A DNA stretch of 64,000 nt, from positions 117,242,001 to 117,306,000 of the forward strand of contig OX597816.1 in assembly GCA_951406725.2 (NCBI GenBank). Reading direction: 5' to 3'. Positions 24,400-35,499 of the stretch are shown here, one piece after another. Under the pieces are notes generated by a model. The model worked only from the letters and a program-made list of their open reading frames with translations, was not told the DNA's origin and made no database searches. The DNA is from Octopus vulgaris (lineage: Eukaryota). The position numbers and the translations under genes were made by a program. Each line of letters starts with the position of its first letter. The first letter of the stretch is position 1.

Positions 24400-24604
24400 A
24401 AGATGGGGTGCATGTCCGACATCTCCGCCTTAATGGTTGAAATTTCATTTCCACTGTGTTATATTTTAGTTTCAACACACGATCTCAAATCAAATCCCTC
24501 ATCAAACATACATAACTTCGAAATATACAAAAGAAAAATAAACTTGAGCCAGCAACTGTCACTATAAAATACAGGATAAACAAATTTATCTCCCTTCATG
24601 TGTT

Positions 24605-24699
24605 GGAACTCTCCAATAAGCGATTGAGGCGCTTCATTTAAATTCAAAACTGAGCAACAAGAAAAGTGTTTGAGACGGTTTGAGTGAAAGGAGGTGAGT
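24605..24699 (+). promoter_or_regulatory. Candidate Spindly promoter / non-coding exon 1 (CCAAT + CDE/CHR-like + splice donor)
   Basis: CCAAT at 24613-24617. GGCGC-4 nt-TTTAAA at 24628-24642, then TTCAAA. Donor GAG|GTGAGT after 24693. Confidence 0.45.
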
Positions 24700-24904
24700 T
24701 GTATATATTTGCTATTGTTGAAAATTAATTTTTTTTACTTGTAAAGTCTAATACATAAAACACCGGAGTTATTAACTGTGTTCGTGTTTATTAAATCAAG
24801 ATATGTTATGGTTGTCTTGATAATTTATAGCGAAAACAAAAATTGTTTTACTTTGTTTTTGTGTCTGGTTTGCATGATTCTTTGTGTCTTAATTAAAATT
24901 TTTC

Positions 24905-25032
24905 TTGCTCTAAGCACAAGGCCTTGAAATTTTGCGGGGGGAGGAGGCTTTTCAATTACATTGACTCCAGTGCGTAACTGGTACTTATTTCATCGACCTC
25001 GAAAGGATGAAAGGCAAAGTCGACCTCGGCAG
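24905..25032 (-). mobile_element. Nin-core SINE fragment
   Basis: Reverse complement of the 7440-7560 core (ggtacttatttcatcgacc.cgaaaggatgaaaggcaaagtcgacctcggc). Confidence 0.65.
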
Positions 25033-25472
25033 TACGTCAATAATACTCTCCCTAGACGCAACAGAAATTGTTTTCTGGTGTTGTTTAATCCCCAATTCAG
25101 ACTGAATTTTGTATATTCAGGACAACGCATCATTTAAAATGTTAAACGGCATTATTAGAACTTTGTTGGTACCCTTTTAATATTAATAACAATATATAAG
25201 GTTTGACAGAATAAGTTGGCCAACGGTTAAAAATGCCAGCAGGCATTCAGCTACGCTTTAACTTCTAATTTCAAATCTCACCAAGGTTAGCTTAGCTTCT
25301 CAATCAACTGCAGTCAATAAAAATGAAAAATGAAGTGCCAATGATGTACTGTGCCAGTGTAATCGCTTGTACTCATCGCCTCTTATTTACATAGAATGAA
25401 ACAAAAGCCTTACTGTGTTGTATAATTTCAAATACAGTCCTTGCTACAATATTATTAATAAAAAAAAAATAC

Positions 25473-25989
25473 TGGCGGAGTTTCGGATCAGGACGCCCAC
25501 GTAAGCTAGATTGTCTCCGTTTTGACTGGGATTTTTTCAATTTTTATTCCCTTCGCTCCTGAAAATGATATGGCGGAGGCAGCTTTTTATGAAATACATT
25601 TTTGAAAATTTATTTTATTTCACCTCTGGACCGATTTTGGCCAATTTTTTTTTTTTTTTTGTACAATGCATTTAAAAACTATGGGAGAAAGCCTTTTCAG
25701 TAAAAAAAAAAAAATTTGAAAATATTTTCAGACGTAAAGGTGAGTTATTTAAGGGAAATTTAGCTGTTGTTTCTAGCCCATCCCACGACCACCTTCCTCG
25801 TTTCTTTGTCACTAACATGTATTACTCTTTTATTTGCTGGAGCACTGCCTTTAGTCGAGCAAATCGACTCCAAGACTTATTCTTTGTAAGCCTAGTACTT
25901 ATTCTATCGGTCTTTTACTGCTAAGTTACGAGGACGTAAACACACCAGCATCAGTCGTCAAGCGATGTTGGGGGGGGGGACAAACACAG

Positions 25990-26031
<42 letters not shown>

Positions 26032-26804
26032 GGCCTTGGTCGGCCCCAGGCTATAGTAGAAGACACTTCAGTGTGACTGAACCCGGAACCATGTAGTTGG
26101 TAAGCAAGCTACTTACCACACAGCCACTCCTACGCCTTGATATTTTTCTCTCCATAAACACTTTTTATGCAATGATGAGGTGGAAGTAACATGCAGGTGG
26201 TTCATTACTGGTATGTAAACAACCAAAATACCTTCCCTTACCCGCACCAAGTGAGGCCATGTATGTGTATGTAAAAAAACATTACTAACAAAAAAGTATG
26301 CTATTAAAATAAATTATCTTTTACATACCTTTTTAAAGTCGGTAGATAAATTCCAGCAATGACCTCAGGCTCTCAGATATGTTTAAATTATTAACAGAAA
26401 TAAGTGGGGAATGGAGGAGTTGAAAAAGAATCATAAATTATAAATTTTTTTCTTTTAATAGCATTAATCTGTTCATGGGGAGAAAAATATAGAAAAACAT
26501 CAATACATGTCAGTAATTCTTTGAATCACACACCTTTTCGTTCGAAAATATTTTCAAAGCTTTCTTTTTTTTACCATAAAGACTTCTCTCTTGGTGTTCA
26601 AGTACATAGTACAAAAGAAAAATTAGACAAAATCGATCTAGAGGGATATGGTGAGGCACAGTGGGAAAAAAATCATAAATTTCTAAAAGCTTTTTTCATA
26701 CAAAGCTGCCCCACATCATTTCCAAGGGTTTAGTGAAAAAAAAAATCCCTGTCAAAATGCAGAAAATCCAACTTAAGTGGGTGTCCTGATCCGAAACTCC
26801 ACCA
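25473..26804. mobile_element. Non-autonomous DNA transposon with ~35-bp TIRs, nested SINE
   Basis: tggcggagtttcggatcaggacgcccacgtaag versus the inverse cttaagtgggtgtcctgatccgaaactccacca. Confidence 0.7.
25823..26136 (-). mobile_element. tRNA-head SINE, internally deleted
   Basis: Same family as 23045. Confidence 0.8.
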
Positions 26805-28159
26805 AAACAGAATTTCTTTTGTTACTTTAGTGATATTTCTAATGGACATTTTTATTCTGTAGCTTAAAACTAAAATAAACTACTTTTAAATAGTTGCCCA
26901 TTTAAAATGCAACTTTTTAAAATATTCTGTTTAAATACTGTATTTTGAAAGCTAATAAATTTACCAATATTTTCATTTCCAGACAAATAGATGGTAGATG
27001 CTTTTTAACTGGATAAGTTATTGAAATTTAGGTTGTGGTTCTCAGATGTCTAATAAATGGAGGCGGGGTAAATTTGTAACGGGCAAAATGAATAATTTCT
27101 GATTTCTTGTTATTTTCTTCCTACTTGTTTTAAACCAATACATTGTAAATATTGCACCATCTTTCGAAAGTTAAAATTGATCGGCATAGTTGTTTTTGAA
27201 GTCAAAAGTTTGAAACATAGGTAGGTGACAGGTGCATTTTTTTCAAGAAATTTTTCAACTTTGACTCGATTGTAGTTGAGGTTGCAAATAAAATATATGG
27301 ATAATTTTTAATGTTTAACAATTTTTTTTTTTTATTGTAGGATTCCAAGTCAATTTTTTTCTACAATGTCTAATTTGATCATTTTCAGTTTAAAAATAAA
27401 TGTCTGAACTGGGGCAAAATGAGTAATGACTAATTTCAATTTTTTCTCTTTAACTACATGATTAATATATTGTGAAGAAGCTATGGAGAATATTTTCTGT
27501 TGAATTCTTTTAGATTTAGATGAGTTTTGTTAATTTCATATCATGTACCATTTTTCCAAGATCCTCTTTCATTTGACTTAGATATTATAAATTTTTGTTG
27601 CATTTCTGATTTCTAAGAATGGATATTGATGTGTATGTCTTTTCTCAAATGTAATTCTGGAGAATTGACAGGGCAAATTTACCTTATCTTATTCAGGTAA
27701 ATTTGGCTAAATTTGTCTTTTATATTCTCAAAGAGAATGGAGATAATTTTCTGAAATAGCATTCAGGTTATGCTATAATGCTTTTAATACATTTACAGAA
27801 GGTATTTGCTTAGCTGATTTAGTTTTTGTAAGGTACTGAGCATTTGTACCAAAATAATTTTTTTTTTCAAAGTCAAACAGTAAATCTTATTGTGTCCCAC
27901 TCCATCCCTAATCTTTTGATATTGTTTTACTAAAAGCATTTATTTTAAAAATATTCTTTTTTCATATTCTGTAAACTTTGTATATACATTGTACAATATT
28001 TACACTTATTTAGATGACTTCCCCATAAATTATATTCCTAATCAAGGTTCTGTTTTTGTGATTCATTTTGACTCGAAATTTGTCAACAAACTACTCGGTA
28101 ATTTTTGTGGCTGTATCAAAGTGGAAAGAGAAAGCTAATGGGCTGTACATGTGTGCTTG

Positions 28160-28197
<38 letters not shown>

Positions 28198-28691
28198 TGT
28201 CTTGTGTGTGTGTGTGCACATGCTTGTTCATGTGTGTGTGGAGGGGGTGCTTGTTCCTCTCTTCTCTCACCAGAAATCCCCTCCCTCACTGGTGGTATCC
28301 TCTATCATATCTGCAATTTTATCTCCCTCTCGCTCTCCCAGGACAAATGCAACTAGTTTAGCTGCCCACCTACTTAATCTAACATTGGCATTTTGATATT
28401 CATATTCTCCTTTATCTATCTTTACTGATTTACTTACTTATATCTGCAACACCAGTAATGCTTAAATTTACAATTTTACAATGTCCATAATGTTTATACT
28501 TACAAAACCACTAACACCTACTCCTACCCCCAGTAGGGGCAACAATCATAACATGCTTGAATGTTTGAATGATGACAGGACGAAAGTGAGAACAGGTGTT
28601 GTATGTCTATCAAGCGAACATGAAAACCTTCTTTTCAGGCACTAAATAACATCTCCACTCCCCATGCCTCTTCCCACATTCCTTTCCCAGA

Positions 28692-30290
28692 TTTTAGAGT
28701 TGGCACTGTCAATGTAGGCACACTGAAAGGTAGGTCTAGTGAGATTGTAGAGATGCTTGAACAGAGACGTGTTGATGTATGCTGCATGCAAGAGGTAAGG
28801 TGGAGAGGAGTTTCAGCCAGGGTCCTCGCAGGCAAGGCACATAAGTATAAAATCTTCTGGAAATGTAACAGTGATGGAGTAAGGGGTATAGGCATACACC
28901 TCATGGAGAAACAGGTGGATAAGGTCATAGAGGTGGTCAGGGTATGCGATAGAGTACTTAAGCTTAGGCTAGTCCTGCAGAATAGTATAGCTACAATTAT
29001 CTCTGCCTACACCCCACAAGCAGGCCTACTAAATGATCAGAAGGACCACCTTTATGATACCCTTCTACAAGCTACCTCAAAGACGAGTAGTAATGACCTC
29101 ATCTTTGTGGCTGGAGATTTTTATGGTCATGTTGGACAGCAATCTAGTATCTTCCATGGTGTTCATGGGGCCCATGAAACTGGTTCCCGAAAGGAAGAGG
29201 GAACTAGGCTACTGGAGTTCTGTGATGCATGCAACCTAATAATCTGCAACACTAACTTCAAGAAGCCAGACAGCCACCTGATAACCTATCAATCAGGCAA
29301 CTCTGCTAGCCAGATTGATTTCATCCTCACCAGACATACAATGTTACAAGGTTGCTCTTTAATACAAAGACCCTCCCTGGTGAAGAATGTACCCCTCAGC
29401 GTAGATTAATAGTGACTTTAGACTTGAGGCCAGAAGGATGTCAAGTAGCAGACATTTCCAGAAAAAAAGTATTTGGAAGCTAAAGAACCCTTCTCATGGT
29501 CACAGATTTAGGGACATCCTCATTGAGAAATTTGATGAGAGGGAGGAGCTACAGACTCTGGACATAGAGGGTAACTGGAAATTCCCGTGGGACAGCTTAC
29601 TGAGCACCACAGACCAAATCTGTAGCTGGTGCAAAGTCCCTGCCAGACCTAGAGTAACGTGGTAGTGGAATAATATGGTAGACAAGGCCATTAGAGCAAA
29701 GAAACAAGCCTGGAAAGTCTGGAAGAGTTGGAGTAGCAGGGAACTGTACCAGATAACCAGAAGGGAGGCTGGGCAACAGGTATACATAGCCAAGGACGAA
29801 GCAGAAAAAGATGTTTGCCAATGTCCAGTGACGTGAGGACCAAAGAACTGAAGTATTTCAGATTGCAAGACAGTATGTGAGAGAAAATTGTGATGTCACA
29901 GGAGAGAAATGTGTCCGCATGGATGATGGTGTACTTGCTTTTAATGATTCTGAAAAGAAATAGGGTTGGAGAAGCCATATAGAAGGCTGCTAAATGTGGA
30001 GAATGAATGGGAGGAAGAGAGCCTGCCAAATGTTGACCCAGTAGAGGGACCAGCTACCCAAATAGATAGCACCCTGGTAGATAAAGCAATTAAAGATATG
30101 AAGTCAGGAAAAGCCCCCAGCCCATCAGGAATCACTGCTGAGATGCTTAAAATATCTGGTGGTGTGGGTCATGGCCCTGTCACCCATATTGTAAACCAGG
30201 TAGTTCACGAAGGAGTCATACCCAATGGCTGGCGTAGCAGCATCATAGTCAACTGCTACAAAGGTAAAGGTGATGCTTTAGATAGAACAT
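28692..30290 (+). mobile_element. RTE-clade LINE fragment (AP endonuclease and start of RT), decayed
   Basis: VGTVNVGTLKGR, DVCCMQEVRWRG, AGDFYGHVG, SQIDFIL, MKSGKAPSPSGITAEMLK, YKGKGDALD. Confidence 0.85.
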
Positions 30291-30629
30291 AACTTTTCAC
30301 CTTGTTGTTTTTCTCAATCATCACATAAGCATATGTAGATGTGTTTTAATCCAAATGAAAATAAAAATTATAACACATACTCTCACATAGTTACATCCGT
30401 ATAGTAAGAGAGACACATACAGACATACATTCACACATGTCAGTCATCACATATGTATATATATATATATGTGTGTGTAGTTGATAATGTATGTAATGTG
30501 GAAACATGCACACAGACACATACACACTCATATACAAAATGTGACGTCATCATGGTATGAAATGTCCTGTACTATGGTTGACTATAGAAAGATTATCTGT
30601 ATAAAATGTTATATTGTTTTAATTGATAT

Positions 30630-31223
30630 TGTAACGAACTTAATGTGAGTGAATATCTTCGTGCACTTTTGGGGTGCACAAAGCAATCACTCACTAGCCG
30701 TTGCTTTAATAATCCAGAATCTCTACTAGTCAGAAACAACAAGACGCAGACGTAAAATATACATATAACTACTTTATTCTCTTTCTTGGTAAACAATAAC
30801 AATACTGGTGTTATCTGATGTCCTTGATTCTGGGCGCGCAAGGCTGAAAGTTAATAGATTGTAATATTTACAATCTTCAGCCCAAAAACAGAAAAGGATT
30901 CAAGATGGCGTCGAACAATGGAGACGATGTTGGTCTGCAACAATTTGGTAAGGACTGCTAGAAGCTAGTTCCAACGGAGAGAAAATATATCGCGTGACGT
31001 CGCCTTCAATCGCTGGGTCCCAAGTCCTCGATGACTGCTGCTAGTGGTCAAACGTTCTACGACCCCCTTGCCTCGCTAACTACCACGATAGGCAAGCGGG
31101 TCGTGCTTCCGGTGGTTCGCGCATGCGCGAGAGGGCCCTTCCTTTCTCTGCCTTGGTAAAGGCACCAACACGCGCGAAATACAAATGGACGGCGCGCGCG
31201 CGCGCCGTTATAATATCACTACA
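30630..31223 (-). repeat. LTR (3' LTR on minus strand), 594 bp
   Basis: TG...CA termini. Minus-strand AATAAA near 30775. PPT-like ggaggggag immediately upstream on minus (31224-31235). Confidence 0.85.
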
Positions 31224-32743
31224 AGGCTCCCCTCCAGTGCGTACGCACGAAAGGAAACTTATTGTAGTGACTGCAAAACTCAAGGTGGACACCAGATAAC
31301 CAAATAGCACACAATAATATAATGGCAAAATTTATAACATACACAAGAAATTTACTAAAGGAAAAAGAGAAAAAATACTCAATGAGCAAAATCAAGAGTG
31401 CATGCATGAAAGTGTATACGTCACAAAGTATAGAGCCTTCCGCTGTAGGAAGCGGAGGGAATGCAAAACTCACAGTTAATGAACCTAGGCGAAATTAAAA
31501 TCCAACTTCTCTAAAGGTGGTTGATCCTGCGAAATAGCAGTTAAATCAATTGCTGCAGGAGAGGAAATGGAATTGGCAGAAGCTCGCTAGTAACACAAAA
31601 CGCAAAGGTGCAAACATGCTGGTGTGATGCGCGACACAGATAATTTTCTGTTAATTACGTGACCAACAGTGGTCTAACAGGGAAAAATAATTACGCCCAT
31701 ACATAGGCGCAGCGCATGTGAACATCCGACATTCTATGAGTCGGGAAAAGAATTAGGCTAACGCACGTGTTGCAAAAACAAGGCAAGTACACGTGCGAAG
31801 CAAAAAACACATGAAATGCAATAGTGCTTGCCAGACCGAAAAAACAGCAAATGAATATGCCAGTGGTTAAGCGATTATATGCTTCGTTCGTATAGGAACA
31901 AAAGTATGACATGCTGGCGCGTTATAATGGACAAACAACCCTCTCTATGTATACGTGACCGACCTAGGGTCTATAGAAATGAGGGGTGTCCACAAAAGGC
32001 AAATTTAGCATGGAACAAACAAGCGAGAAAAGCATGTGTGACGTATGTATGTGAGAGAGAGCATTTATGTGTGTGTACGTGTGTGCGACAGAAATACATA
32101 CAAGGTGAATGCGAGCAAAATATAAAAACAGCGCATAGAAAAAATGTCTCTCATGTGCTATTCCAGACAAGAGTTAATTTACCAGTCTGTAATAGCCTGA
32201 TGTACAATAGCAGTTCGTTCCGTAACAGAAATGTTGAAGTCACAAAATGCAGATGCCGGTTGAACACATATCGTGTAGCGGTTGTGGCTTCAATGCTGTG
32301 ACAGGTTAACTGGAACAGAAGAATCTCGTAGATAGACGGTGCTGTTTATCCTTGGTGTGCATATGCACAAACGGCAAGTGGACCAAACTTCCGCGAGTTG
32401 CTATGTACATCTTGGTGGAGGTCGATGGTGTTGAAAGGCGACGTTGGTGGTGGAAGGCGACTGTAGTGGACTTGGGACAACATCGTTCTTAGTGATGATG
32501 GCGACGAAGATAGCGACGACGTGAAGTAGACAGATGACGATGATGATGGCGAAGGCAGAGAAATAGCATCGATGATGTGATGGCGTCCGTCATCATGTTG
32601 AAGAATAAAAGGGCTCCTTCTATAACGGTCCGAGAGGACGGAAACAAATCGTCGAAAGTTGATGCGTAGAGTTAAATCGTGTTCCGACTTCGCAGAAAAA
32701 CTGGATTTTTTTTTGTTGTTAAGTGATCTCTGGTTTTAGACCA

Positions 32744-32765
32744 GAATCACGTCGGGAGGTCACCA
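32744..32765 (-). other. Primer-binding site complementary to the tRNA-Trp 3' end
   Basis: Minus strand TGGTGACCTCCCGACGTGATTC, 1 nt after the LTR. Canonical Trp PBS is TGGTGACCCCGACGTGAT. Confidence 0.8.
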
Positions 32766-32766
32766 C

Positions 32767-33360
32767 TGTAACGAACTTAATGTGAGTGAATATCTTCGTG
32801 CACTTTTGGGGTGCACAAAGCAATCACTCACTAACCGTTGCTTTAATAATCCAGAATCTCTACTAGTCAGAAACAACAAGACGCAGACGTAAAATATACA
32901 TATAACTACTTTATTCTCTTTCTTGGTAAACAATAACAATACTGGTGTTATCTGATGTCCTTGATTCTGGGCGCGCAAGGCTGAAAGTTAATAGATTGTA
33001 ATATTTACAATCTTCAGCCCAAAAACAGAAAAGGATTCAAGATGGCGTCGAACAATGGAGACGATGTTGGTCTGCAACAATTTGGTAAGGATTGCTAGAA
33101 GCTAGTTCCAACGGAGAGAAAATATATCGCGTGACGTCGCCTTCAATCGCTGGGTCCCAAGTCCTCGATGACTGCTGCTAGTGGTCAAACGTTCTACGAC
33201 CCCCTTGCCTCGCTAACTACCACGATAGGCAAGCGGGTCGTGCTTCCGGTGGTTCGCGCATGCGAGAGGGCCCTTCCTTTCTCTGCCTTGGTAAAGGCAC
33301 CAACACGCGCGAAATACAAATGGACGGCGCGCGCGCGCGCGCCGTTATAATATCACTACA
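32767..33360 (-). repeat. Shared middle LTR, 594 bp
   Basis: Near-identical to the other two LTRs. Confidence 0.85.
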
Positions 33361-34880
33361 AGGCTCCCCTCCAGTGCGTACGCACGAAAGGAAACTTATT
33401 GTAGTGACTGCAAAACTCAAGGTGGACACCAGATAACCAAATAGCACACAATAATATAATGGCAAAATTTATAACATACACAAGAAATTTACTAAAGGAA
33501 AAAAGAGAAAAATACTCAATGAGCAAAATCAAGAGTGCATGCATGAAAGTGTATACGTCACAAAGTATAGAGCCTTCCGCTGTAGGAAGCGGAGGGAATG
33601 CAAAACTCACAGTTAATGAACCTAGGCGAAATTAAAATCCAACTTCTCTAAAGGTGGTTGATCCTGCGAAATAGCAGTTAAATCAATTGCTGCAGGAGAG
33701 GAAATGGAATTGGCAGAAGCTCGCTAGTAACACAAAACGCAAAGGTGCAAACATGCTGGTGTGATGCGCGACACAGATAATTTTCTGTTAATTACGTGAC
33801 CAACAGTGGTCTAACAGGGAAAAATAATTACGCCCATACATAGGCGCAGCGCATGTGAACATCCGACATTCTATGAGTCGGGAAAAGAATTAGGCTAACG
33901 CACGTGTTGCAAAAACAAGGCAAGTACACGTGCGAAGCAAAAAACACATGAAATGCAATAGTGCTTGCCAGACCGAAAAAACAGCAAATGAATATGCCAG
34001 TGGTTAAGCGATTATATGCTTCGTTCGTATAGGAACAAAAGTATGACATGCTGGCGCGTTATAATGGACAAACAACCCTCTCTATGTATACGTGACCGAC
34101 CTAGGGTCTATAGAAATGAGGGGTGTCCACAAAAGGCAAATTTAGCATGGAACAAACAAGCGAGAAAAGCATGTGTGACGTATGTATGTGAGAGAGAGCA
34201 TTTATGTGTGTGTACGTGTGTGCGACAGAAATACATACAAGGTGAATGCGAGCAAAATATAAAAACAGCGCATAGAAAAAATGTCTCTCATGTGCTATTC
34301 CAGACAAGAGTTAATTTACCAGTCTGTAATAGCCTGATGTACAATAGCAGTTCGTTCCGTAACAGAAATGTTGAAGTCACAAAATGCAGATGCCGGTTGA
34401 ACACATATCGTGTAGCGGTTGTGGCTTCAATGCTGTGACAGGTTAACTGGAACAGAAGAATCTCGTAGATAGACGGTGCTGTTTATCCTTGGTGTGCATA
34501 TGCACAAACGGCAAGTGGACCAAACTTCCGCGAGTTGCTATGTACATCTTGGTGGAGGTCGATGGTGTTGAAAGGCGACGTTGGTGGTGGAAGGCGACTG
34601 TAGTGGACTTGGGACAACATCGTTCTTAGTGATGATGGCGACGAAGATAGCGACGACGTGAAGTAGACAGATGACGATGATGATGGCGAAGGCAGAGAAA
34701 TAGCATCGATGATGTGATGGCGTCCGTCATCATGTTGAAGAATAAAAGGGCTCCTTCTATAACGGTCCGAGAGGACGGAAACAAATCGTCGAAAGTTGAT
34801 GCGTAGAGTTAAATCGTGTTCCGACTTCGCAGAAAAACTGGATTTTTTTTTGTTGTTAAGTGATCTCTGGTTTTAGACCA

Positions 34881-34902
34881 GAATCACGTCGGGAGGTCAC
34901 CA
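34881..34902 (-). other. Second tRNA-Trp primer-binding site
   Basis: Identical to 32744-32765. Confidence 0.8.
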
Positions 34903-34903
34903 C

Positions 34904-35499
34904 TGTAACGAACTTAATGTGAGTGAATATCTTCGTGCACTTTTGGGGTGCACAAAGCAATCACTCACTAACCGTTGCTTTAATAATCCAGAATCTCTAC
35001 TAGTCAGAAACAACAAGACGCAGACGTAAAATATACATATAACTACTTTATTCTCTTTCTTGGTAAACAATAACAATACTGGTGTTATCTGATGTCCTTG
35101 ATTCTGGGCGCGCAAGGCTGAAAGTTAATAGATTGTAATATTTACAATCTTCAGCCCAAAAACAGAAAAGGATTCAAGATGGCGTCGAACAATGGAGACG
35201 ATGTTGGTCTGCAACAATTTGGTAAGGATTGCTAGAAGCTAGTTCCAACGGAGAGAAAATATATCGCGTGACGTCGCCTTCAATCGCTGGGTCCCAAGTC
35301 CTCGATGACTGCTGCTAGTGGTCAAACGTTCTACGACCCCCTTGCCTCGCTAACTACCACGATAGGCAAGCGGGTCGTGCTTCCGGTGGTTCGCGCATGC
35401 GCGAGAGGGCCCTTCCTTTCTCTGCCTTGGTAAAGGCACCAACACGCGCGAAATACAAATGGACGGCACGTGCGCGCGCACCGTTATAATATCACTACA
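34904..35499 (-). repeat. LTR (5' LTR on minus strand), 596 bp
   Basis: Near-identical to the other LTRs. Followed on + by the ATAT TSD. Confidence 0.85.

Larger units (their letters stand above)
30630..35499 (-). mobile_element. Non-autonomous LTR retrotransposon tandem (LTR-int-LTR-int-LTR), 2137-bp period
   Basis: LTRs TGT...ACA at 30630-31223, 32767-33360 and 34904-35499. ATAT TSD at 30626-30629 and 35500-35503. PBS and PPT on the minus strand. No gag/pol ORF. Confidence 0.9.

Noticed and set aside
27058-27903. Possible DNA transposon (ggggtaaa/ggggcaaaatg motifs)
   Set aside because: The terminal inverted match is too weak to define boundaries.
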